DNA of 64,000 bases from Chryseobacterium sp. FH1 (lineage in GTDB: Bacteria; Bacteroidota; Bacteroidia; Flavobacteriales; Weeksellaceae), in the NCBI RefSeq assembly GCF_000735135.1, contig NZ_JPLZ01000002.1, positions 224,317-288,316 on the forward strand, written 5' to 3'. Positions within the stretch are counted from its first letter, which is position 1; every line of letters begins with the position of its first letter. A program made the position numbers and the translations under genes. Positions 30,944-40,864 of this stretch are shown here, piece by piece. Under the pieces are notes generated by a model. It was not told the origin of the DNA. It saw only the letters and a program-made list of their open reading frames with translations, and ran no database searches.

Positions 30944-33058
30944 TTATCCTAATTTTCTATTGGAAATCCCAAGGTTTTTTGCCATTCCGAAAAGGGAATT
31001 GATAAAATTGGTATCCTCCGTATTTTCAGCTGATGAGGAGGCTTGTTGAAGTTTGATCAACGCTGCAGAAACTGTCAGGTTTTTGATGTCGTTGGATGAG
31101 ATTCCATATCTTTCTGCAAGATTTCTGACTTTTTCTGCCAAGTCACCTTTTCCGTCTGGTCCCATCAAAGAACTTTTGATGTCCAAAGCGTGTTGTGAAT
31201 TGTTGATCAAGTGGTCAAAACCTTTGGAGTTGGAAACTTGTCGCACGATATTCTCAAAGAACATTGTCTCACCACCAACGATGTCTATCTTCGCAGTTTT
31301 CAAAGCTTCAGAAAGCACTTCAGCCTGTGCAGATGCGATATCTTTTTGGATGTTGATTTGAGCCAATTCCACGTCTTTTTCTTTCTGCAACTGTAGCTTG
31401 AACTCCTCGTGAGATTGTCCCGCTTCGTTAAGTTTTTTCATCGCGTCAGCTTTTCCTTCGATGCCTTTTGCCTCTGCTAATGCTTTTTCACGAACAACCT
31501 CAGCCTGAGCCAAACCTTCCTTGCGAACAGCTTCAGCTTTTTTCTCGATCACAGATGCTTCTTTTTCACCCTGAACTTCCTGAGCTTCTGCCTTGGCAAT
31601 CATTACTTCTGCTTCTGATAATCCAATTGCCGCTTCTTCTTTAGCTTGTGCTTCCGCGATGATTTTTCTTGCTTCTGCTTCTTTCGTCGCCGCTTCTTTT
31701 TTCGCCTCGGCATCAATGATTAATTCTTGAGCCTTTCTTTCTGCAACACTTTTCTGTGCATCGGCATCAATGATTTTCTTTTCCTTTTCCTGCTCGGCGG
31801 CAATTCTTGAAGCTTCTGCCGCTTTCACCGTTGCAACCAATCTTTCTTCTGCCTCCTGACTTGCAGCGATAACGCCAGCTTGTTTCTTGCGTTCTGCATC
31901 GCGGTAGATTTCTACATCTTTCACGTTTTGTTGCTCTTCTACCACGCCCTTTTCCAATTGTACGCGTTCTTTAATGACATTTTGGATGGATTTTTTCTCC
32001 GTTTCGATGGTTCTTTCCTTTTCGATCTGAGCCAGCGTCACGATTCTTTCTCTTTCGGTTTGCTCCAATGCGCGGTCTTTTTCAACTCTTTCGGTTTCTA
32101 CGGCATCTGTACGCAATTTGTTTTTTTCTGCGATGATGATTTGGCGAAGTTTATTTTCTTCCTGCACTGCAAGCGTTTCCTCGGTTTGGATCCTCACGGT
32201 TTCGGATTTCAAACGCTCTTCTTCGTTCACTTTCAGAATCTCGGCATTTTCTCTGGCTTTGATATTTTCGATTTCACGTTTTTGACGTTCTTCTTTTTCT
32301 GCCAATTGTCTTTCCAGTTCCAAAATCGCCTCGCGCGCCTCCACGTTTTGTTTTTTGATGGTCTTTTCTTCTGCTCTGCGGATGAGATTGGCGTTCATAT
32401 TTTGCTGTGCGGTCAATTCTGTGATCTTTCTGATCCCCTCAGAGTCCAAGATATTCTCTGCACTTAGGAAACGCAATTCTGTCTGTTCAAGATAATCAAT
32501 GGCGCAATCATCTAAGATATAACCATTTAAATCTGTTCCGATGATATTCAGAATCTCATCTCGGAATTCTCTTCTGGCTTCATACAATTCAATAAAATCG
32601 AATTTTTTTCCTACTGTTTTCAAAGCTTCAGAAAACTTAGCCTCGAAAATACTTTTCAAAGTTTCTGGGTCAGAGGCTCTTTCGCAACCCAAGTTCTGTG
32701 CAACGCTGATGACATCATCCACAGATTTGTTCACTCGCACGAAAAAAGCCACTTTGATGTCTGCACGGATATTGTCTTTACAGATCAATCCGTCGTTTTC
32801 CATACGGGCAATGTCAATTTTCTTAACGGAGATGTCCATTATTTCCATCTTATGGAAAATCGGAACCACGTACATCCCTTTGTTGAAGGCAACATTGGTT
32901 CCACCAACTCCGGTTCGGACAATGGCTTTTCCTTGCGGAATTTTTTTATAGAATGAACTTAATACTACCAAAAAGGCAATAAAAAGGAAGACGATTATTC
33001 CAACGATGAGTAGCATAATATTGCTCCCACCAATCGCTAAAATGGTCATTTGAGTCAT
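30944..33058 (-). CDS. Flotillin-family (SPFH/band 7) protein
   Basis: 704 aa; N-terminal TM segment, SPFH domain, then a very long Ala/Glu-rich coiled coil (AEAQAKEEAAIGLSEAEV...), characteristic of YqiK/FloT-type flotillins. Confidence 0.85.
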   Translation of the reverse strand: MTQMTILAIGGSNIMLLIVGIIVFLFIAFLVVLSSFYKKIPQGKAIVRTGVGGTNVAFNKGMYVVPIFHKMEIMDISVKKIDIARMENDGLICKDNIRADIKVAFFVRVNKSVDDVISVAQNLGCERASDPETLKSIFEAKFSEALKTVGKKFDFIELYEARREFRDEILNIIGTDLNGYILDDCAIDYLEQTELRFLSAENILDSEGIRKITELTAQQNMNANLIRRAEEKTIKKQNVEAREAILELERQLAEKEERQKREIENIKARENAEILKVNEEERLKSETVRIQTEETLAVQEENKLRQIIIAEKNKLRTDAVETERVEKDRALEQTERERIVTLAQIEKERTIETEKKSIQNVIKERVQLEKGVVEEQQNVKDVEIYRDAERKKQAGVIAASQEAEERLVATVKAAEASRIAAEQEKEKKIIDADAQKSVAERKAQELIIDAEAKKEAATKEAEARKIIAEAQAKEEAAIGLSEAEVMIAKAEAQEVQGEKEASVIEKKAEAVRKEGLAQAEVVREKALAEAKGIEGKADAMKKLNEAGQSHEEFKLQLQKEKDVELAQINIQKDIASAQAEVLSEALKTAKIDIVGGETMFFENIVRQVSNSKGFDHLINNSQHALDIKSSLMGPDGKGDLAEKVRNLAERYGISSNDIKNLTVSAALIKLQQASSSAENTEDTNFINSLFGMAKNLGISNRKLG

Positions 33059-33061
33059 AGT

Positions 33062-33739
33062 TTATTGATTTTTAATGTTATGAATGTTAATTTCTTTTTT
33101 TACTAGATATATTCTTTTGTCCTTAGTTTCATCGATGATGATAACGTCGTCATTATAACCAATAGATGCTCCATCGATGCTTTTTACATTAAGCCGAATC
33201 ACATCTTTGTTGATGACAAATTCTGCAGAACCAATCTTCTCACCTGCAAGACTGGATTTCATAATTCCCGTTCTTCCCAAATAATCGTGTGGTTCTTCGC
33301 CTTTGTAGCCGATGCTTTCGTAGAATTTCGCAATCGGTTTTGTGAGCCAGTGCATAATGAAGTAGGTCACGAGAAATATGGGAATCAAAATCAGCAAAGA
33401 CCAAAACCCGAATTGTCCAATTGAAATAAACAACGATGAGACAATCGTGATAATCCAACCGATGAATTTAAATAAGGTGACAATCACCATCAACGGTGCT
33501 TTCCCGATATTGATGAAATCCAAAGCCTTGGAAAAAAATCCTGGCTGGTCGTGATGCACGTCGCCGTCCACATCATTCACATCACCGATTCCCTCAGCGT
33601 CCAGATCCGCATCCATCCCGAAATCCAAGCCGTCTCCGGAGAAAAGCACGAAAACCCAGTACAGCAATGAAACACCTGTAAGTACGGTCATTACGCCATT
33701 TGGAAGCGGATGAAACAATAGATTAAAGAGTTCTGTCAT
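33062..33739 (-). CDS. NfeD-like membrane protein
   Basis: 225 aa; N-terminal TM helices and a C-terminal beta-rich soluble segment; ends 3 nt before the flotillin start, the canonical NfeD-flotillin gene pair. Confidence 0.55.
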   Translation of the reverse strand: MTELFNLLFHPLPNGVMTVLTGVSLLYWVFVLFSGDGLDFGMDADLDAEGIGDVNDVDGDVHHDQPGFFSKALDFINIGKAPLMVIVTLFKFIGWIITIVSSLFISIGQFGFWSLLILIPIFLVTYFIMHWLTKPIAKFYESIGYKGEEPHDYLGRTGIMKSSLAGEKIGSAEFVINKDVIRLNVKSIDGASIGYNDDVIIIDETKDKRIYLVKKEINIHNIKNQ

Positions 33740-33768
33740 AGTTTTATTTTTGTGATTTCAATGATACC

Positions 33769-33963
33769 TTAAATCTCTCTCTTGAACGTGTAATGGAATC
33801 CGTAAGCCGTTCCGCTCATATCCCGGCTGGCAACCGAAACCAGTTCCCAGCCGTCCATTCCATACTTGTTAAGCACCTTGTCAATTTCTTCGATGTCGAA
33901 TTTCCAAGACCAAGTTCCCTTTGGTTTGATCTCTATCGTTTTGTATTCAAATCTTTTTTTCAT
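33769..33963 (-). CDS. Small DUF4177-like protein
   Basis: 64 aa; MKKRFEYKTIEI...GWELVSV pattern resembles DUF4177; family assignment is from memory, not a search. Confidence 0.4.
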   Translation of the reverse strand: MKKRFEYKTIEIKPKGTWSWKFDIEEIDKVLNKYGMDGWELVSVASRDMSGTAYGFHYTFKREI

Positions 33964-33981
33964 TATTTATAGTTTTTGTTG

Positions 33982-34674
33982 TTAAATTCCGAGTTGCCTT
34001 TTCAAATCTTCCAGATCTTTGTCCACAGAATTGGTTCCGAGCGCTTCATCTATTTCATCTGTCACGGTTTTGTTTCCCGTAGCCATAGAACCATAAGCCT
34101 GTGACAAAGCTTCGTCCTCTTCCACTTTTTCCTTCATTCTCTCCAACATACTGATGGTGGAATTTGAATCGATCTTCGCCATTTGTCGGTTCACTTCTTT
34201 GGTCGCGTTGGAAACTTTCACTCTCGCTTTCAAAGTCGAAAGTTCATTTTCCCATTTGTTGATGTTAAATTTAAGAACATCAATATTCTTTTGCAACTCA
34301 TTGACAGATTTATCATGAACCTCAGCTTGTTTTGTTAATTCCTCAGATTCAGAGACCAATTGTTTTTTTAGCATCAAAGCCTCTTTCGCCAGAGCTTCCG
34401 CTTTTTCAGTTTCCAACTCGCTGGATTGTGCTTTTTGCAACAATAGAATTGCTTTTTGCTCAAACTCTTTTGCTTCTTCGCCTTTTTTATCCGCATTGTT
34501 TTTGGTGCGGATCGCCAAGGCTTTCACTTTTGCATAAGCTTCCAGAGATTGATCAAGATCATCTCGCATTTCGCGGATTCCTTGTTCCGTCATTTTGATC
34601 GGGTCTTCCATCTTTTCGACTACGGAATGAATCTCCGCTTGTCCTATTCTAAAAATTTTTTTAAAAATATTCAT
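33982..34674 (-). CDS. pspA: PspA/IM30 family protein (ESCRT-III-like)
   Basis: 230 aa; all coiled coil; N-terminus MNIFKKIFRIGQAEIHSVVEKMEDPIKMTEQGIREM matches the PspA/Vipp1 N-terminal helix. Confidence 0.8.
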   Translation of the reverse strand: MNIFKKIFRIGQAEIHSVVEKMEDPIKMTEQGIREMRDDLDQSLEAYAKVKALAIRTKNNADKKGEEAKEFEQKAILLLQKAQSSELETEKAEALAKEALMLKKQLVSESEELTKQAEVHDKSVNELQKNIDVLKFNINKWENELSTLKARVKVSNATKEVNRQMAKIDSNSTISMLERMKEKVEEDEALSQAYGSMATGNKTVTDEIDEALGTNSVDKDLEDLKRQLGI

Positions 34675-34685
34675 TGTATTTGGTT

Positions 34686-35075
34686 TTAAAGTTTTGAAAA
34701 TTGAATCAGTTGCTCGTAATATTCACTTATTAGGAGACTCAATGAATTGATGGCTGCCTCGAACTCATTGAAATCCAAATTGTGAATCTGCAAGGTATAT
34801 CGGAAAATCACTTTTCTACCATCTTCCGTGATTGCAAATGCACCGTGGATCATGTCTCTGTTCTTCATCAGCAGGGATTTGAACATTTCCATCGAATCTG
34901 TCGTAATCGTAAAAAGATACTGCTCAAAAATGATGACCGGCGGTGCGATGCCCACAATCAGATTATGGATGCCATCCAAAGAATTTTCTATGACGAAAAC
35001 TCCCGATTCTTCAGACTTGTGCACTATTTTGTAGTCAAGATTACGAATATATTGCTCTACAGTTTTAAAGTCCAT
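34686..35075 (-). CDS. YbjN-like (putative sensory-transduction regulator, T3SS-chaperone-like) domain protein
   Basis: 129 aa; size and alpha/beta pattern resemble YbjN; tentative. Confidence 0.4.
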   Translation of the reverse strand: MDFKTVEQYIRNLDYKIVHKSEESGVFVIENSLDGIHNLIVGIAPPVIIFEQYLFTITTDSMEMFKSLLMKNRDMIHGAFAITEDGRKVIFRYTLQIHNLDFNEFEAAINSLSLLISEYYEQLIQFSKL

Positions 35076-35100
35076 TGTTAGTTACTTTTATAGTTTTTGT

Positions 35101-35117
35101 TTGTATGTTTGATACAA
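35101..35117. promoter_or_regulatory. Inverted repeat TTGTAT-N5-ATACAA in the divergent promoter region (putative operator)
   Basis: Read directly; sits in the 95-bp gap between the divergently transcribed YbjN-like/PspA operon and the XRE regulator gene. Confidence 0.3.
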
Positions 35118-35170
35118 ATATAATACATTTGCTAAAATAATTAGCAACTTTTTATAAATATTTTTGCAAA

Positions 35171-35830
35171 ATGAGCCAAATTGGACATAACATCAAGAAA
35201 CTCAGAAAGGTCAAAGGCTTTAGCCAACAGGCTTTTGCGGAACTTTTTGAACTTTCGAGAGGAAATATTTCTTCTTATGAGGAGTTAAGAGCCGAACCAA
35301 AGATTGACGTTGTGACAAAAATTGCCAATTATTTTAGCATTCCGCTTGACCACTTGTTGAACAATCAACTTTCCGTCAATGAAATATTAAACTTCAACGA
35401 CCATTTTGAAACTAAAGAACAGGAAATTATTTCAGATTTCAAGACCATTCCCTTCATCGACCGCAATCATATTTCTCAGATTTTGGATTTCCACGACAGT
35501 CTGGAATCATTAGCAAAAATCCAATTTCCGATTTACAGCCCGAAAGATTTTCTTGCCCTGGAGTTGGATGAATCTGTGAATCACCATTCCGATTTTCAGT
35601 TTCGTGAAACAGATATCGCCTTCTTCAAAAAACTTGAAGTGGATTTGCTTCATACGTTGGACAATCAATACGGTTTATTTTTCAGCAAGGCATCTTTTTT
35701 CATTGGGCAATTCCGAGTGAAGGAAAAGCAGATTTTCCTCGTTTTGAATGACTGGCACGAAGAGGAATTTTCAATAGATGACATCGATAATTTCTGGAAA
35801 TATTACGGCAAATTTGAGAAGTCTGTTTAA
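35171..35830 (+). CDS. XRE-family HTH transcriptional regulator with an uncharacterised C-terminal domain
   Basis: 219 aa; N-terminal Cro/C1-type HTH (IKKLRKVKGFSQQAFAELFELSRGNISSYE); about 150 aa of unassigned C-terminus. Confidence 0.7.
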   Translation: MSQIGHNIKKLRKVKGFSQQAFAELFELSRGNISSYEELRAEPKIDVVTKIANYFSIPLDHLLNNQLSVNEILNFNDHFETKEQEIISDFKTIPFIDRNHISQILDFHDSLESLAKIQFPIYSPKDFLALELDESVNHHSDFQFRETDIAFFKKLEVDLLHTLDNQYGLFFSKASFFIGQFRVKEKQIFLVLNDWHEEEFSIDDIDNFWKYYGKFEKSV

Positions 35831-35938
35831 GGCTGAAATTTCACTCATAATAATTTATTTTTAGTTCCATTAATACAATTCAAATAATGCAGGAACTAAA
35901 TCTTTATTATCTTTACTTGTTTTTAGCCAAAAAAGTAA

Positions 35939-37594
35939 ATGATTCCAAAGTGTTTTCGTAGAAATTTAGTTCTTATAATATTTCTGCTTTTGTTGCCTTT
36001 TCAGATTTTCGCCATCGACCAAAAAGATTGCGAGAAAATGATCATTGAAGGTGTGGAAGCGATGAACAAAAAGGATTACGCCAAATCTCTTCAAATCCTT
36101 ACCAAAACCCGAAAAATAGCTCAGGAAAACAAATGGTACCGAGAGGAATTCCTGGCTACGAACAACATCGGCGCGAATTATTATATGCGATTGGACTACG
36201 GCGAAGCACTCAACAATTATCTTGATGCCTACAAAATTGCCGTTGCCCATTTGGATGAAAAATCGGAAATGACGGTTCTCAACAACATTGCGATTCTCTA
36301 TTCCCGAGACAAAAAACAGGACAAAGCGGAAGATTATTTTTTGAAAGCTTACGAACTCGCAGGAAAGGTTAACAATAACATTTCCAAAGGATTATACGCC
36401 ATCAATCTTACCATCGTTTCCAATGAAAAGAAAGATTACAAAACGGCGAAGAAATATATTGATGAAGCATTGAAACTCACGTCAGACTCACCGTATTATC
36501 TTTTGGCGAGATCTACATACGTCGAAACGCTTGTGAATCTGAAGCAATTTGATGAAGCTGAGAAGATATCCACCGAACTTTTGCCCAAGCTAAACGGCGT
36601 AGAACATTCGGAATATAAAACCCAAATTTTCTACAATCTCTCTACCATTGCGGAACAGAAAAATGATTTGCAGAAATCTTTTCATTATTTGAAATTGGCG
36701 GAAGCAAGCAATCTGAATTACGATTTCAAGGAAAACATCTTCGAGAAGTTCAGCCAATTGTACAAAAAAGAGAACAACATTGAGCGTGCTGTTTCTTACA
36801 AAGATTCCATTATGGTCATCAAAGATTCTGTGAACAAAATCAAGAATGGACAGCTTTTCGAAAATAGCAAGATTAAATTTGAACTTCAAAATTCACAGAA
36901 GAATTTGGCGGAAAGTCAGGAGAAATTGACAACCGAACGTTCATTTTTCATCAAAGGAATTTTGCTCGCCATCTTTGTATTTGTGATTGTTTTCTGGGCG
37001 TTGCGAAACAGCATCGTTAAAAACAAACAGCAGAAGATCATCGAACAAAGCAATGCTGAGATTGCAAAACTGGAACTTGAAAAAGAGAAAAAGAATAAGG
37101 AAATCCTTGAAAATCAATTAAAAGAAAAAGAAGTCCTGGCATTGTTGGAAGAAGAAAAATACAAGAATGAGATCGAAGCCAAGAACAGGAAACTCACAAC
37201 CAAAGCGCTCCAACTCACCACAAAAATTGAATTGATAGACGACCTCGTGAGAACGCTTTCTAGACAAACAGATGATTTTGAGAATCAGGACGTCAGTAAC
37301 ATCATCAAGCAACTTAAGATTTTCCAGAGACAAAGCAGAGAAGAGGAAAGTTTTTTCATCCATTTCGAAGAGGTGAATCAAGGTTTTATTTCGAAAATTA
37401 AAACGCTCCATCCAGATCTTAATTCTAATGACATTCGGTTTCTTTCCTATGTTTATATGAACTTGTCGATGAAGGAGATTTCTTCGCTGTTGAGCATCAC
37501 AACAGAGGCTTGCAGGAAGCGAAAAGAGCGGATCATCAAGAAAATGGAGCAAGATGATAACCTTGACCTATATAACTATATTACAAGCATTTAG
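35939..37594 (+). CDS. TPR-repeat membrane-anchored regulator with a C-terminal LuxR/GerE-like HTH
   Basis: 551 aa; signal/TM, several TPR-like repeats, a TM helix (GILLAIFVFVIVFWAL), a coiled coil, then the C-terminal MKEISSLLSITTEACRKRKERIIKKM. Confidence 0.55.
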   Translation: MIPKCFRRNLVLIIFLLLLPFQIFAIDQKDCEKMIIEGVEAMNKKDYAKSLQILTKTRKIAQENKWYREEFLATNNIGANYYMRLDYGEALNNYLDAYKIAVAHLDEKSEMTVLNNIAILYSRDKKQDKAEDYFLKAYELAGKVNNNISKGLYAINLTIVSNEKKDYKTAKKYIDEALKLTSDSPYYLLARSTYVETLVNLKQFDEAEKISTELLPKLNGVEHSEYKTQIFYNLSTIAEQKNDLQKSFHYLKLAEASNLNYDFKENIFEKFSQLYKKENNIERAVSYKDSIMVIKDSVNKIKNGQLFENSKIKFELQNSQKNLAESQEKLTTERSFFIKGILLAIFVFVIVFWALRNSIVKNKQQKIIEQSNAEIAKLELEKEKKNKEILENQLKEKEVLALLEEEKYKNEIEAKNRKLTTKALQLTTKIELIDDLVRTLSRQTDDFENQDVSNIIKQLKIFQRQSREEESFFIHFEEVNQGFISKIKTLHPDLNSNDIRFLSYVYMNLSMKEISSLLSITTEACRKRKERIIKKMEQDDNLDLYNYITSI

Positions 37595-37695
37595 CAAATT
37601 TGTCACACTATTTCTGATTGCTCGTCCTACTATTTCCGCCCTTAATTTTTGAATTGCTAATTTTTATCACAACATTTGAGTATAAAATTAGATAT

Positions 37696-39993
37696 ATGAG
37701 AAAATTTACTGTTTTAGCTGGCCTTTTGTTTGCGCTTTTTGCAACGAATGCCAATGCCCAGACTGACGTTTTGGGAAAAAATGAGTTCGGAAGAATCTTC
37801 GACCTTACTTACAGCGTACAAGAACAAAACACGATCTACGCCATCACGCTTTCGAGTCACATTGTGGTTTCCAAAGACAACGGAAACACTTGGGAGGTTT
37901 TCTATTCTCTTCCAGAAATTGGCGGAGGCGTAAGTATTTCAAAATTGAATATCAGCAAGGACGGAAGTTTCCTCTCATTTACTACCGTGCAATATGGTGT
38001 TGGCGTTTTGCATATTTTGGATATCCCAACCAAAACCATTACGAAGACTTACACCTTACCAAATTCATCTGAAATCCCTTACGTTAGCGCCTACAACTTC
38101 TTCGAAAGCGACAAAGACAATTTGATCATCAGTTCTCAATTTCCTTATGGTTGGGGAACTGCTAACCGCGTTTACACAACCACAGATGGCGGTGCAAATT
38201 GGAAAGAAATCTACTTCTCCGCAGAGGATAACAACAATATCATCACGAGTTACGTGGCATTTGCACCAACCGACAAAAACAAAATCTACCTTGCCAACGG
38301 AAACGGAAGCGAAGGCGTTTCGGGAGGATTGATGATTTCTAATGACGCTGGAGACACTTTCACAGAAAAATTGTCTGGAAGCGTTTTGAGCACTTTGGAA
38401 TTCAATCCAAAAGATCCCAACGAAATCTATGTTGGAACGGGAATCAGCTTCGGAATGGCACCTGAGAAAGTTCATCATTCTAAAGACGGAGGTGAAACTT
38501 GGGAAGATAAAAACATTACGTTCGGAACCAATGGAATACTGAACGACATCATCGCCATCAAATTCAATCCGTACGATACAAAGCACGTGATCGTTTTGGA
38601 GGAAGACGAGATCATCTCGACAAAAGATGGCGGAAATACTTGGCAAAATGTAGAATATCCGTACGACAACTTGGACAGCTACTACTACGGAATCAAGGCG
38701 AGTTTCAATCCTTACAAAGAGGGAGAATTATTCATTACGGCGAATTACAAACCTTTGTTTTCTTCGGATAATGGAGAGACTTTGACGCAAATCCAAACAC
38801 CATTTTACAGTTCCACAGGCCGTGTGAATTTCTTCGAGAATGAAACTTCAAAACATTTATATTACAATGTTCAAGGTGGTTTTGTCCACAGAAATCTTGC
38901 AGACAATTCCGAAACACCTCACAACATCGTACCGCTTAATATCTTTAGTAACAGCGGTGGAACAGCATATCTTGCAGATTCTAAAAAAGAAGGCCGTGTT
39001 TATTCTTTCGAAGGTGGATTTATGGGAGCTACGTTATCGGTAAGTGATGATTTTGGCGCCAATTTCAAATCAATTCTAGAAACTTTTTCTGCTGGCTTAA
39101 CGAATGTGATTCCAGATCCTCAAGTTACCAATCAAGTGTTTACAACTTTTAACAATTGGGATCAAGGCGAGTTGAACAAGGTCAATTTCAATGATGAAAA
39201 TAATATCGTTGTTACCAATATTCCTTTGCCTACGCAGAATCCGGTTTTCAAATTATTACATCAAAATAATATTTCGAATGAATTCTTGATCTTGATTGGA
39301 TCCGAAGTTTACTCGACAAACAATGGCGGAGAGACTTGGACGCCGGTTACGATCGGAAACGAGATCACGCCGGAAACTGCCATTTTTGACATCACTCAAG
39401 ATCCTAACAATACCAATCGTTTGGCGATAGGAACTTCGGTGGGCGTTTTCACCTCTCTTGACAAAGGATTGACTTGGACCAAAGTTTCAGATTTTTTCGC
39501 AAACCAAGTCGCTTATTCTGATGTGAATACAGGTATTTTGATTGCAACGACCTATACGAGTCAAGATGATATTTTCAACATCCATTATTCTGTGAACAAT
39601 GGTGAAATTTGGGAAACAGTTGACAGAGACGAAACTTTGCAAGCGGAATCCAATTCTATCACGATAGATTTCTCCGACAAGAATGCCTACATCTACATTG
39701 CAAGTTTTGACATTGGTCTTTTGGGCTACAATTTGAATCTTGATGTTCTTTCAAATAATGAAGTTCCGGCTGAAAAAGCAAAAGTTTTGGTGTATCCAAA
39801 CCCCGTGGTTGACGTTGTGAAAATTGACAGCAAGAACCTGAAATCGGCATCGCTGTACGATATGAATGGCAAAAAACTATTGGAAAGCAACAAAACCGAG
39901 ATCAACGTTTCTCAGCTTCCAAAAGGTGTTTATGTTCTTAGAATCGTGACTTCTGACAACAATGTGGTGAGCAAGAAAATCATCAAAAAGTAA
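37696..39993 (+). CDS. BNR/Asp-box repeat protein with a T9SS C-terminal sorting domain
   Basis: Start MRKFTVLAGLLFALFATNANAQ; at least nine Asp-box motifs (SKDNGNTW, TTDGGANW, SKDGGETW, TNNGGETW...); C-terminal VLVYPNPVVD...VYVLRIV Por-secretion tail. Confidence 0.7.
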   Translation: MRKFTVLAGLLFALFATNANAQTDVLGKNEFGRIFDLTYSVQEQNTIYAITLSSHIVVSKDNGNTWEVFYSLPEIGGGVSISKLNISKDGSFLSFTTVQYGVGVLHILDIPTKTITKTYTLPNSSEIPYVSAYNFFESDKDNLIISSQFPYGWGTANRVYTTTDGGANWKEIYFSAEDNNNIITSYVAFAPTDKNKIYLANGNGSEGVSGGLMISNDAGDTFTEKLSGSVLSTLEFNPKDPNEIYVGTGISFGMAPEKVHHSKDGGETWEDKNITFGTNGILNDIIAIKFNPYDTKHVIVLEEDEIISTKDGGNTWQNVEYPYDNLDSYYYGIKASFNPYKEGELFITANYKPLFSSDNGETLTQIQTPFYSSTGRVNFFENETSKHLYYNVQGGFVHRNLADNSETPHNIVPLNIFSNSGGTAYLADSKKEGRVYSFEGGFMGATLSVSDDFGANFKSILETFSAGLTNVIPDPQVTNQVFTTFNNWDQGELNKVNFNDENNIVVTNIPLPTQNPVFKLLHQNNISNEFLILIGSEVYSTNNGGETWTPVTIGNEITPETAIFDITQDPNNTNRLAIGTSVGVFTSLDKGLTWTKVSDFFANQVAYSDVNTGILIATTYTSQDDIFNIHYSVNNGEIWETVDRDETLQAESNSITIDFSDKNAYIYIASFDIGLLGYNLNLDVLSNNEVPAEKAKVLVYPNPVVDVVKIDSKNLKSASLYDMNGKKLLESNKTEINVSQLPKGVYVLRIVTSDNNVVSKKIIKK

Positions 39994-40015
39994 AATAAAT
40001 AGTAAAAATGATTGG

Positions 40016-40046
40016 AAAGCTTCTCAGAATTTGAGAAGCTTTTTCT
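40016..40046. terminator. Bidirectional rho-independent terminator
   Basis: GAAAGCTTCTCAGAATTTGAGAAGCTTTTTC hairpin between convergent genes. Confidence 0.6.
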
Positions 40047-40746
40047 ATTTGTAGTCTTCAAAATCAAAACCCAATATTTTTCCGATTTGCAAAAAATCAG
40101 GATTCACATTGAGACTTGCGTTGATGGAAATATGTTGATTTGTAATGGGATGTTTAAAATTGAGCTGGTGAGAATGTAACGGCATTGCAGTCACATCAAA
40201 ACTATTGAGCCACAGCTTGTTTTGCTTGTTGCAACCGTGTTTTCTACAACCTAGAATCGGATGCAAAATATGTTTGAAATGTTTTCTGAGTTGATGAAAT
40301 CTTCCGGTTTCGGGAACTGCCTCTACCAAAGAATAGCGCGAGGTTGGATGTTTTAGAAATGGCAAGTCAATTTCCGAAGTTTGCAGACGACGATAGTAAG
40401 TGATTGCATTTTGAACGATTTCGTTTTCATTGGTCAAATCATAATCGATCGTTTCTTCCTCTTTTGTCCAACCGCGGAGAATTGCCAGATATTTCTTTTC
40501 CACTTCTCGATTCATAAACTGGTCGCTCACTAATTTGAGTATTTCTTTATCAAAAGCAAATAATAGAACGCCTGATGTTTTTCGGTCCAAACGATGAACA
40601 AGATGAACTTTTTTTCCTATTTGATTTGTCAATTTCTCCACGGCATATTCGTCTGCTGGACCAGCATATTTTGATTTATGAACCAAAAGCCCACTCGGTT
40701 TGTTGATGGCGATAAGATAGTCGTCTTGATAAAGAATTTCTAACAT
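40045..40746 (-). CDS. RluA-family pseudouridine synthase
   Basis: 233 aa; catalytic motif HRLDRKTSGVLLFA. Confidence 0.8.
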   Translation of the reverse strand: MLEILYQDDYLIAINKPSGLLVHKSKYAGPADEYAVEKLTNQIGKKVHLVHRLDRKTSGVLLFAFDKEILKLVSDQFMNREVEKKYLAILRGWTKEEETIDYDLTNENEIVQNAITYYRRLQTSEIDLPFLKHPTSRYSLVEAVPETGRFHQLRKHFKHILHPILGCRKHGCNKQNKLWLNSFDVTAMPLHSHQLNFKHPITNQHISINASLNVNPDFLQIGKILGFDFEDYK

Positions 40747-40864
40747 TGGGCAAAAGTAGAAATTCTCACCATAATTAATTCTTTAAAGAATAATAAAAAG
40801 ATTTTATCTTCACTAAGATTGTAACATTTTTGGTTGAATGTTCTCTAAACTCTAAAAACGACCA

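Noticed and set aside
31380-32400. DNA-level low-complexity repeats (gaagc/ttctgc periodicity) in the flotillin gene
   Set aside because: They are explained by the Ala/Glu-rich coiled-coil coding sequence. They are not an independent repeat element.
31880-32467. 195-aa Phe/Leu-rich plus-strand ORF antisense to flotillin
   Set aside because: It is the antisense of the GAA/GCT-rich coiled-coil coding region. It has no start context and its composition is an artefact.
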